Shown piece after piece: positions 43,265-55,200 of a stretch of DNA of 64,000 bases. Positions within the stretch are counted from its first letter, which is position 1; every line of letters starts with the position of its first letter. Made by a program: the position numbers and the translations under genes. This stretch comes from the human T2T-CHM13v2.0 reference genome, Homo sapiens. The stretch lies in NCBI RefSeq assembly GCF_009914755.1, contig NC_060944.1. One strand, 5' to 3'. The notes under the pieces are model-generated. The model worked only from the letters and a program-made list of their open reading frames with translations, did no database searches and had not been told where the DNA came from.

Positions 43265-46200
43265 TTATGAGGGTCAAGGAGCTGGAGGCCTGGGGAGGAG
43301 CTGGTGTTTCTGTTCAAGTTTGAGGGTCCTGGAGCTGGAGTCCAGGGGAGGAGCCGGTGCTGCCACTGATGTCTTAGGGTCGTGGAGCTGAAGATCCCAG
43401 AGGAGCCGGTGCAGCTATTCTAGCTTGAGTTTCGTGGAGCTGGAGACCCAGGGAGAAGATGGTGCTGCTGTTCTAATTTAAGGATCGTGAAACAGAAGAC
43501 CCAGAAAGGAGCTGGTGCTGCCGCTGCTCAGATCTGAGGGTGTTGGAGCTGGAGCCTGGGGGTGGAGCCGTTGCTGCCTTTGAAGTCTGAGAGTCATTGA
43601 GCTGGAAGTCCAGGAAGCAGCTGGTGCTGCTGTTCTAGTTTGAGGGTCGTGGAGCGCAGACCCAGGCAGAAGCAACATTGCTGTAGTTCGAGGGTCAGAA
43701 AGCTGGCGACCCAGGGAGGAGAGGTCTTGTTCTAGTTTCAGGGTCGTGGAGCTGCCAAACCAGGTAGGAGCAATTTTGTTGTAATTCGAAGGTCAGGAAG
43801 CTGGAGACCCGGGGAGGAGAGGTCTTGTTCTTGTCTGAGGGTTGTGGAGCTGCAGACCCAGGGAGGAGCAATGTTGTTGTAATTCGAGGGTCCGGCAGCT
43901 GGCAACCCGGGGAGGAGAAGTCTTGTTGGAGTTTGAGGGTCGTGGAGCTGCCGACCCAGGGAGGAGCTATTTTGTTGTAGTTCGAGGGTCTGGAAGCTGG
44001 TGACCCAGGGAGGAGAGGTCTTGATCTGGTCTGAGGGTCCTGGAGCTACAGACCCAGGGAGGAGCAATGTTGTAATTCAAGAGTCCGGTAGCTGACAACC
44101 GGCGGAAGAGAAGTCTTGTTCGAGTTTGAGGGTGGTGGAGCTGCAGACCCAGGGAGGAGCAATTTTGTTGTAGTCCGAGGGTCAGGAAGCTGGCGACCCA
44201 GGGAGGAGAGGTCTTGTTCTAGTTTGAGGGTCGTGGAGCTGCAGACCCAGGCAGAAGCATTGCTGTTTTAGTTCGAGGGTCCGGAAGCTGGCGACCCAGG
44301 GGGGAGAGGTCTTGTTCTAGTTTGACGTTCGTGGAGCTGCCGACCCAGGGAGGAGCAACGTTGTTGTAATTCGAGGGTCCGGAAGCTGGCGACCCAGGGA
44401 GGAGAGGTCTTGTTCTAGTTTGAGGGTCGTGGAGCTGCTGACCCAGGGAGGAGCAATTTTGTTGTAGTTCGAGGGTCAGGAAGCTGGCGACCCAGGGAGG
44501 AGAGGTCTTGTTCTGGTCTGAGGGTCGTGGAGCTGCTGACCCAGGGAGGAGCAATTTTGTTGTAGTTCGAGGGTCAGGAAGCTGGCGACCCAGGGAGGAG
44601 AGGTCTTGTTCTAGTTTGATGTTCGTGGAGCTGCAGACCCAGGCAGGAGCAACGTTGTTGCAATTCGAGGATCCGGAAGCTGGAGACTTAGGGAGGAGAC
44701 GTCTTGTTCTAGTTTCAGGGTCGTGGAGCTGCAGACTGAGGCAGGAGCATTGTTGTTATAGTTGGAGGTTCAGAAAGCTGGCGACCCAGGGAGGAGAGGT
44801 CTTGTTGTGGTCTGAGGGTCGTGGAGCTGCTGACCCAGGGAGGAGCAATTTTGTTGTAGTTTGAGGGTCAGGAAGCTGGCGACCCAGGGAGGAGAGGTCT
44901 TGTTCTAGATTGATTTTTGTGGAGCTGAGGACCCAGGCAGGAGCAAGGTTGTTGCAATTTGAGGATCCGGAAGCTGGAGACTTAGGGAGGAGACGTCTTG
45001 TTCTAGTTTCAGGGTCGTGGAGCTGCAGACTGAGGCAGGAGCATTATTGTTATAGTTGGAGGGTCAGAAAGCTGGCGACCCAGGGAGGAGAGGTCTTGTT
45101 GTGGTCTGAGGGTCGTGGAGCTGCTGATCCAGGGAGGAGCAATTTTGTTGTAGTTCGAGGGTCAGGAAGCTGGCGACCCAGGGAGGAGAGGTCTTGTTCT
45201 AGATTGATTTTTGTGGAGCTGAGGACCCAGGCAGGAGCAAGGTTGTTGCAATTTGAGGATCCGGAAGCTGGAGACTTAGGGAGGAGACGTCTTGTTCTAG
45301 TTTCAGGGTCGTGGAGCTGCAGACTGAGGCAGGAGCATTATTGTTATAGTTGGAGGGTCAGAAAGCTGGCGACCCAGGGAGGAGAGGTCTTGTTGTGGTC
45401 TGAGGGTCGTGGAGCTGCTGACCCAGGGAGGAGCAATTTTGTTGTAGTTCGAGGGTCTGGAAGCTGGCGACCCAGGGAGGAGAGGTCTTGTTCTAGATTG
45501 ATTTTTGTGGAGCTGAAGACCCAGGCAGGAGCAACGTTGTTGCAATTCGAGGATCTGGAAGCTGGAGACTTAGGGAGGAGACGTGTTGTTCTAGTTTCAG
45601 GGTCATGGAGCTGCAGACTGAGGCAGGAGCATTGTTGTTATAGTTCGAGGGTCAGAAAGCTGGCGACCCAGGGAGGAGAGGTCTTGTTGTGGTCTGAGGG
45701 TCGTGGAGCTGCTGACGCAGGGAGGAGCAATTTTGTTGTAGTTCGAGGGTCAGGAAGCTGGCGACCCAGGGAGGAGAGGTCTTCTTCTGGTGTGAGGGTC
45801 GTGGAGCTGCAGACCCAGGGAGGAGCAATTTTGTTGTAGTTTGAGGGTCTGGAAGCTGGCGACCCCGGGAGAGGTCTTGTACTAGTCTGAGGGTCGTGGA
45901 GCTGCAGACCCAGGGAGGGGCAATGTTGTTGTAATTCGAGGGTCTGGCAGCTGGCAACTCGGGGAGGAGAAGTGTTGTTGGAGTTTGAGGGTCATGGAGC
46001 TGCCAACCCAGGGAGGAGCAATTTTGTTGTAGTTCAAGGGTCCGGAAGCTGGTGACCCAGGGAGGAGAGGTCTTGATCTGGTCTGAGGGTCGTGGAGCTA
46101 CAGACCCAGGGAGGAGCAATGTTGTTGTAGTTCGAGGGTCCGGTAGCTGGCAACCCGGGAAAGAGAAGTCTTGTTCGAGTTTGAGGGTCGTGGAGCTGCA

Positions 46201-49200
46201 GACCCAGGGAGGAGCAATTTTGTTGTAGTTCGAGGGTCAGGAAGCTGGCGACCCAGGGAGGAGAGGTCTTGTTCTGGTCTGAGGGTCATGGAGCTGCTGT
46301 CCCAGGGAGGAGCAATTTTGTTGTTATTCGAGGGTCAGGAAGCTGGCGACCCAGGGAGGAGAGGTCTTGTTCTAGTTTGATGTTGGTGGAGCTGCAGACC
46401 CAGGCAGGAGGAACGTTGCTGTAGTTCGAGGGTCAGAAAGCTGGCGATGCAGGGAGAGGTCTTGTTGGAGTTTGAGGGTCGTGGAGCTGCCGACCCAGGG
46501 AGGAGCAATTTTGTTGTAGTTCGAGGGTCAGGAAGCTGGCGACCCAGGGAGGAGAGGTCTTGTTCTAGATTGATTTTTGTGGAGCTGAAGACCCAGGCAG
46601 GAGCAAGGTTGTTGCAATTCGAGGATCCGGAAGCTGGAGACTTAGGGAGGAGAGGTCTTGTTCTAGATTGATTTTTGTGGAGCTGAAGACCCAGGCAGGA
46701 GCAACGTTGTTGCAATTCGAGGATCCGGAAGCTGGAGACTTAGGGAGGAGACGTCTTGTTCTAGTTTCAGGGTCGTGGAGCTGCAGACTGAGGCAGGAGC
46801 ATTGTTGTTATAGTTCGAGGGTCAGAAAGCTGGCGACCCAGGGAGGAGAGGTCTTGTTCTGGTCTGAGGGTCGTGGAGCTGCAGACCCAGGGAGGAGCAA
46901 TTTTGTTGTAGTTCGAGGGTCAGGAAGCTGGCGACCCAGGGAGGAGAGGTCTTCTTCTGGTGTGAGGGTCGTGGAGCTGCAGACGCAGGGAGGAGCAATT
47001 TTGTTGTAGTTCAAGGGTCAGGAAGCTGGCGACCCAGGGAGGAGAGGTCTTGTTCTGGTCTGAGGGTCGTGGAGCTGCTGACCCAGGGAGGAGCAATTTT
47101 GTTGTAGTTCGAGGGTCAGGAAGCTGGCGACCCAGGGAGGAGAGGTCTTGTTCTAGTTTGATGTTCGTGGAGCTGCAGACCCAGGCAGGAGCAACGTTGT
47201 TGCAATTCGAGGATCCGGAAGCTGGAGACTTAGGGAGGAGACGTCTTGTTCTAGTTTCAGGGTCGTGGAGCTGCAGACTGAGGCAGGAGCATTGTTGTTA
47301 TAGTTGGAGGTTCAGAAAGCTGGCGACCCAGGGAGGAGAGGTCTTGTTGTGGTCTGAGGGTCGTGGAGCTGCTGATCCAGGGAGGAGCAATTTTGTTGTA
47401 GTTCGAGGGTCAGGAAGCTGGCGACCCAGGGAGGAGAGGTCTTGTTCTAGATTGATTTTTGTGGAGCTGAGGACCCAGGCAGGAGCAAGGTTGTTGCAAT
47501 TTGAGGATCCGGAAGCTGGAGACTTAGGGAGGAGACGTCTTGTTCTAGTTTCAGGGTCGTGGAGCTGCAGACTGAGGCAGGAGCATTATTGTTATAGTTG
47601 GAGGGTCAGAAAGCTGGCGACCCAGGGAGGAGAGGTCTTGTTGTGGTCTGAGGGTCGTGGAGCTGCTGACCCAGGGAGGAGCAATTTTGTTGTAGTTCGA
47701 GGGTCTGGAAGCTGGCGACCCAGGGAGGAGAGGTCTTGTTCTAGATTGATTTTTGTGGAGCTGAAGACCCAGGCAGGAGCAACGTTGTTGCAATTCGAGG
47801 ATCTGGAAGCTGGAGACTTAGGGAGGAGACGTGTTGTTCTAGTTTCAGGGTCATGGAGCTGCAGACTGAGGCAGGAGCATTGTTGTTATAGTTCGAGGTT
47901 CAGAAAGCTGGCGACCCAGGGAGGAGAGGTCTTGTTGTGGTCTGAGGGTCGTGGAGCTGCTGACGCAGGGAGGAGCAATTTTGTTGTAGTTCGAGGGTCA
48001 GGAAGCTGGCGACCCAGGGAGGAGAGGTCTTCTTCTGGTGTGAGGGTCGTGGAGCTGCAGACCCAGGGAGGAGCAATTTTGTTGTAGTTTGAGGGTCTGG
48101 AAGCTGGCGACCCCGGGAGAGGTCTTGTACTAGTCTGAGGGTCGTGGAGCTGCAGACCCAGGGAGGGGCAATGTTGTTGTAATTCGAGGGTCTGGCAGCT
48201 GGCAACTCGGGGAGGAGAAGTGTTGTTGGAGTTTGAGGGTCATGGAGCTGCCAACCCAGGGAGGAGCAATTTTGTTGTAGTTCAAGGGTCCGGAAGCTGG
48301 TGACCCAGGGAGGAGAGGTCTTGATCTGGTCTGAGGGTCGTGGAGCTACAGACCCAGGGAGGAGCAATGTTGTTGTAGTTCGAGGGTCCGGTAGCTGGCA
48401 ACCCGGGGAAGAGAAGTCTTGTTCGAGTTTGAGGGTCGTGGAGCTGCAGACCCAGGGAGGAGCAATTTTGTTGTAGTTCGAGGGTCAGGAAGCTGGCGAC
48501 CCAGGGAGGAGAGGTCTTGTTCTGGTCTGAGGGTCATGGAGCTGCTGTCCCAGGGAGGAGCAATTTTGTTGTTATTCGAGGGTCAGGAAGCTGGCGACGC
48601 AGGGAGGAGAGGTCTTGTTCTAGTTTGATGTTGGTGGAGCTGCAGACCCAGGCAGGAGGAACGTTGCTGTAGTTCGAGGGTCAGAAAGCTGGCGATGCAG
48701 GGAGAGGTCTTGTTGGAGTTTGAGGGTCGTGGAGCTGCCGACCCAGGGAGGAGCAATTTTGTTGTAGTTCGAGGGTCAGGAAGCTGGCGACCCAGGGAGG
48801 AGAGGTCTTGTTCTAGATTGATTTTTGTGGAGCTGAAGACCCAGGCAGGAGCAAGGTTGTTGCAATTCGAGGATCTGGAAGCTGGAGACTTAGGGAGGAG
48901 AGGTCTTGTTCTAGATTGATTTTTGTGGAGCTGAAGACCCAGGCAGGAGCAACGTTGTTGCAATTCGAGGATCCGGAAGCTGGAGACTTAGGGAGGAGAC
49001 GTCTTGTTCTAGTTTCAGGGTCGTGGAGCTGCAGACTGAGGCAGGAGCATTGTTGTTATAGTTCGAGGGTCAGAAAGCTGGCGACCCAGGGAGGAGAGGT
49101 CTTGTTCTGGTCTGAGGGTCGTGGAGCTGCAGACCCAGGGAGGAGCAATTTTGTTGTAGTTCGAGGGTCAGGAAGCTGGCGACCCAGGGAGGAGAGGTCT

Positions 49201-52200
49201 TCTTCTGGTGTGTGGGTCGTGGAGCTGCAGACGCAGGGAGGAGCAATTTTGTTGCAGTTCGACGGTCAGGAAGCTGGCGACCCAGGGAGAGGTCTTGTAC
49301 TAGTCTGAGGGTCGTGGAGCTGCAGACCCAGGGAGGGGCAATGTTGTTGTAATTCGAGGGTCTGGCAGCTGGCAACTCGGGCAGGAGAAGTCTTGTTGGA
49401 GTTTGAGGGTCGTGGAGCTGCCAACCCAGGGAGGAGCAATTTTGTTGTAGTTCAAGGGTCCGGAAGCTGGCGACCCAGGGAGGAGAGGTCTTGTTCTATT
49501 GTGAGGGTCGTGGAGCTGCCGACCCAGGGAGGAGCAATTTTGTTGTAATTTGAGGGTCCGGAAGCTGGCGACCCAGGGTGGAGAGGTCTTGATCCGGTCT
49601 GAGGGTCGTGGAGCTACAGACCCAGGGTGGAGCAATGTTGTTGTAGTTCGAGGGTCTGGTAGCTGGCAACTTGGGGAAGACAAGTCTTGTTCGAGTTCGA
49701 GGGTCGTGGAGCTGCAGACCCAGGGAGGAGCCATTTTGTTGTAGTTCAAGGGTCCGGAAACTGGCGACCCAGGGAGGAGAGGTCTTGTTCTAGTTTCAGG
49801 GTCGTGGAGCTTCTGACCCAGGGAGGAGCATTGTTGTTTTAGTTCGAGGGTCAGGAAGCTGGCGACCCAGGGAGGAGAGGTCTTGTTCTAGATTGATTTT
49901 TGTGGAGCTGAGGACCCAGGCAGGAGCAAGGTTGTTGCAATTTGAGGATCCGGAAGCTGGAGACTTAGGGAGGAGACGTCTTGTTCTAGTTTCAGGGTCG
50001 TGGAGCTGCAGACTGAGGCAGGAGCATTATTGTTATAGTTGGAGGGTCAGAAAGCTGGCGACCCAGGGAGGAGAGGTCTTGTTGTGGTCTGAGGGTCGTG
50101 GAGCTGCTGACCCAGGGAGGAGCAATTTTGTTGTAGTTCGAGGGTCTGGAAGCTGGCGACTCAGGGAGGAGAGGTCTTGTTCTAGATTGATTTTTGTGGA
50201 GCTGAAGACCCAGGCAGGAGCAACGTTGTTGCAATTCGAGGATCTGGAAGCTGGAGACTTAGGGAGGAGACGTGTTGTTCTAGTTTCAGGGTCATGGAGC
50301 TGCAGACTGAGGCAGGAGCATTGTTGTTATAGTTCGAGGGTCAGAAAGCTGGCGACCCAGGGAGGAGAGGTCTTGTTGTGGTCTGAGGGTCGTGGAGCTG
50401 CTGACGCAGGGAGGAGCAATTTTGTTGTAGTTCGAGGGTCAGGAAGCTGGCGACCCAGGGAGGAGAGGTCTTCTTCTGGTGTGAGGGTCGTGGAGCTGCA
50501 GACCCAGGGAGGAGCAATTTTGTTGTAGTTTGAGGGTCTGGAAGCTGGCGACCCCGGGAGAGGTCTTGTACTAGTCTGAGGGTCGTGGAGCTGCAGACCC
50601 AGGGAGGGGCAATGTTGTTGTAATTCGAGGGTCTGGCAGCTGGCAACTCGGGGAGGAGAAGTGTTGTTGGAGTTTGAGGGTCATGGAGCTGCCAACCCAG
50701 GGAGGAGCAATTTTGTTGTAGTTCAAGGGTCCGGAAGCTGGTGACCCAGGGAGGAGAGGTCTTGATCTGGTCTGAGGGTCGTGGAGCTACAGACCCAGGG
50801 AGGAGCAATGTTGTTGTAGTTCGAGGGTCCGGTAGCTGGCAACCCGGGAAAGAGAAGTCTTGTTCGAGTTTGAGGGTCGTGGAGCTGCAGACCCAGGGAG
50901 GAGCAATTTTGTTGTAGTTCGAGGGTCAGGAAGCTGGCGACCCAGGGAGGAGAGGTCTTGTTCTGGTCTGAGGGTCATGGAGCTGCTGTCCCAGGGAGGA
51001 GCAATTTTGTTGTTATTCGAGGGTCAGGAAGCTGGCGACCCAGGGAGGAGAGGTCTTGTTCTAGTTTGATGTTGGTGGAGCTGCAGACCCAGGCAGGAGG
51101 AACGTTGCTGTAGTTCGAGGGTCAGAAAGCTGGCGATGCAGGGAGAGGTCTTGTTGGAGTTTGAGGGTCGTGGAGCTGCCGACCCAGGGAGGAGCAATTT
51201 TGTTGTAGTTCGAGGGTCAGGAAGCTGGCGACCCAGGGAGGAGAGGTCTTGTTCTAGATTGATTTTTGTGGAGCTGAAGACCCAGGCAGGAGCAAGGTTG
51301 TTGCAATTCGAGGATCCGGAAGCTGGAGACTTAGGGAGGAGAGGTCTTGTTCTAGATTGATTTTTGTGGAGCTGAAGACCCAGGCAGGAGCAACGTTGTT
51401 GCAATTCGAGGATCCGGAAGCTGGAGACTTAGGGAGGAGACGTCTTGTTCTAGTTTCAGGGTCGTGGAGCTGCAGACTGAGGCAGGAGCATTGTTGTTAT
51501 AGTTCGAGGGTCAGAAAGCTGGCGACCCAGGGAGGAGAGGTCTTGTTCTGGTCTGAGGGTCGTGGAGCTGCAGACCCAGGGAGGAGCAATTTTGTTGTAG
51601 TTCGAGGGTCAGGAAGCTGGCGACCCAGGGAGGAGAGGTCTTCTTCTGGTGTGAGGGTCGTGGAGCTGCAGACGCAGGGAGGAGCAATTTTGTTGTAGTT
51701 CAAGGGTCAGGAAGCTGGCGACCCAGGGAGGAGAGGTCTTGTTCTGGTCTGAGGGTCGTGGAGCTGCTGACCCAGGGAGGAGCAATTTTGTTGTAGTTCG
51801 AGGGTCAGGAAGCTGGCGACCCAGGGAGGAGAGGTCTTGTTCTAGTTTGATGTTCGTGGAGCTGCAGACCCAGGCAGGAGCAACGTTGTTGCAATTCGAG
51901 GATCCGGAAGCTGGAGACTTAGGGAGGAGACGTCTTGTTCTAGTTTCAGGGTCGTGGAGCTGCAGACTGAGGCAGGAGCATTGTTGTTATAGTTGGAGGT
52001 TCAGAAAGCTGGCGACCCAGGGAGGAGAGGTCTTGTTGTGGTCTGAGGGTCGTGGAGCTGCTGATCCAGGGAGGAGCAATTTTGTTGTAGTTCGAGGGTC
52101 AGGAAGCTGGCGACCCAGGGAGGAGAGGTCTTGTTCTAGATTGATTTTTGTGGAGCTGAGGACCCAGGCAGGAGCAAGGTTGTTGCAATTTGAGGATCCG

Positions 52201-55200
52201 GAAGCTGGAGACTTAGGGAGGAGACGTCTTGTTCTAGTTTCAGGGTCGTGGAGCTGCAGACTGAGGCAGGAGCATTATTGTTATAGTTGGAGGGTCAGAA
52301 AGCTGGCGACCCAGGGAGGAGAGGTCTTGTTGTGGTCTGAGGGTCGTGGAGCTGCTGACCCAGGGAGGAGCAATTTTGTTGTAGTTCGAGGGTCTGGAAG
52401 CTGGCGACCCAGGGAGGAGAGGTCTTGTTCTAGATTGATTTTTGTGGAGCTGAAGACCCAGGCAGGAGCAACGTTGTTGCAATTCGAGGATCTGGAAGCT
52501 GGAGACTTAGGGAGGAGACGTGTTGTTCTAGTTTCAGGGTCATGGAGCTGCAGACTGAGGCAGGAGCATTGTTGTTATAGTTCGAGGTTCAGAAAGCTGG
52601 CGACCCAGGGAGGAGAGGTCTTGTTGTGGTCTGAGGGTCGTGGAGCTGCTGACGCAGGGAGGAGCAATTTTGTTGTAGTTCGAGGGTCAGGAAGCTGGCG
52701 ACCCAGGGAGGAGAGGTCTTCTTCTGGTGTGAGGGTCGTGGAGCTGCAGACCCAGGGAGGAGCAATTTTGTTGTAGTTTGAGGGTCTGGAAGCTGGCGAC
52801 CCCGGGAGAGGTCTTGTACTAGTCTGAGGGTCGTGGAGCTGCAGACCCAGGGAGGGGCAATGTTGTTGTAATTCGAGGGTCTGGCAGCTGGCAACTCGGG
52901 GAGGAGAAGTGTTGTTGGAGTTTGAGGGTCATGGAGCTGCCAACCCAGGGAGGAGCAATTTTGTTGTAGTTCAAGGGTCCGGAAGCTGGTGACCCAGGGA
53001 GGAGAGGTCTTGATCTGGTCTGAGGGTCGTGGAGCTACAGACCCAGGGAGGAGCAATGTTGTTGTAGTTCGAGGGTCCGGTAGCTGGCAACCCGGGGAAG
53101 AGAAGTCTTGTTCGAGTTTGAGGGTCGTGGAGCTGCAGACCCAGGGAGGAGCAATTTTGTTGTAGTTCGAGGGTCAGGAAGCTGGCGACCCAGGGAGGAG
53201 AGGTCTTGTTCTGGTCTGAGGGTCATGGAGCTGCTGTCCCAGGGAGGAGCAATTTTGTTGTTATTCGAGGGTCAGGAAGCTGGCGACGCAGGGAGGAGAG
53301 GTCTTGTTCTAGTTTGATGTTGGTGGAGCTGCAGACCCAGGCAGGAGGAACGTTGCTGTAGTTCGAGGGTCAGAAAGCTGGCGATGCAGGGAGAGGTCTT
53401 GTTGGAGTTTGAGGGTCGTGGAGCTGCCGACCCAGGGAGGAGCAATTTTGTTGTAGTTCGAGGGTCAGGAAGCTGGCGACCCAGGGAGGAGAGGTCTTGT
53501 TCTAGATTGATTTTTGTGGAGCTGAAGACCCAGGCAGGAGCAAGGTTGTTGCAATTCGAGGATCTGGAAGCTGGAGACTTAGGGAGGAGAGGTCTTGTTC
53601 TAGATTGATTTTTGTGGAGCTGAAGACCCAGGCAGGAGCAACGTTGTTGCAATTCGAGGATCCGGAAGCTGGAGACTTAGGGAGGAGACGTCTTGTTCTA
53701 GTTTCAGGGTCGTGGAGCTGCAGACTGAGGCAGGAGCATTGTTGTTATAGTTCGAGGGTCAGAAAGCTGGCGACCCAGGGAGGAGAGGTCTTGTTCTGGT
53801 CTGAGGGTCGTGGAGCTGCAGACCCAGGGAGGAGCAATTTTGTTGTAGTTCGAGGGTCAGGAAGCTGGCGACCCAGGGAGGAGAGGTCTTCTTCTGGTGT
53901 GTGGGTCGTGGAGCTGCAGACGCAGGGAGGAGCAATTTTGTTGCAGTTCGACGGTCAGGAAGCTGGCGACCCAGGGAGAGGTCTTGTACTAGTCTGAGGG
54001 TCGTGGAGCTGCAGACCCAGGGAGGGGCAATGTTGTTGTAATTCGAGGGTCTGGCAGCTGGCAACTCGGGCAGGAGAAGTCTTGTTGGAGTTTGAGGGTC
54101 GTGGAGCTGCCAACCCAGGGAGGAGCAATTTTGTTGTAGTTCAAGGGTCCGGAAGCTGGCGACCCAGGGAGGAGAGGTCTTGTTCTATTGTGAGGGTCGT
54201 GGAGCTGCCGACCCAGGGAGGAGCAATTTTGTTGTAATTTGAGGGTCCGGAAGCTGGCGACCCAGGGTGGAGAGGTCTTGATCCGGTCTGAGGGTCGTGG
54301 AGCTACAGACCCAGGGTGGAGCAATGTTGTTGTAGTTCGAGGGTCTGGTAGCTGGCAACTTGGGGAAGACAAGTCTTGTTCGAGTTCGAGGGTCGTGGAG
54401 CTGCAGACCCAGGGAGGAGCCATTTTGTTGTAGTTCAAGGGTCCGGAAACTGGCGACCCAGGGAGGAGAGGTCTTGTTCTAGTTTCAGGGTCGTGGAGCT
54501 TCTGACCCAGGGAGGAGCATTGTTGTTTTAGTTCGAGGGTCAGGAAGCTGGCGACCCAGGGAGGAGAGGTCTTGTTCTAGATTGATTTTTGTGGAGCTGA
54601 GGACCCAGGCAGGAGCAAGGTTGTTGCAATTTGAGGATCCGGAAGCTGGAGACTTAGGGAGGAGACGTCTTGTTCTAGTTTCAGGGTCGTGGAGCTGCAG
54701 ACTGAGGCAGGAGCATTATTGTTATAGTTGGAGGGTCAGAAAGCTGGCGACCCAGGGAGGAGAGGTCTTGTTGTGGTCTGAGGGTCGTGGAGCTGCTGAC
54801 CCAGGGAGGAGCAATTTTGTTGTAGTTCGAGGGTCTGGAAGCTGGCGACTCAGGGAGGAGAGGTCTTGTTCTAGATTGATTTTTGTGGAGCTGAAGACCC
54901 AGGCAGGAGCAACGTTGTTGCAATTCGAGGATCTGGAAGCTGGAGACTTAGGGAGGAGACGTGTTGTTCTAGTTTCAGGGTCATGGAGCTGCAGACTGAG
55001 GCAGGAGCATTGTTGTTATAGTTCGAGGGTCAGAAAGCTGGCGACCCAGGGAGGAGAGGTCTTGTTGTGGTCTGAGGGTCGTGGAGCTGCTGACGCAGGG
55101 AGGAGCAATTTTGTTGTAGTTCGAGGGTCAGGAAGCTGGCGACCCAGGGAGGAGAGGTCTTCTTCTGGTGTGAGGGTCGTGGAGCTGCAGACCCAGGGAG

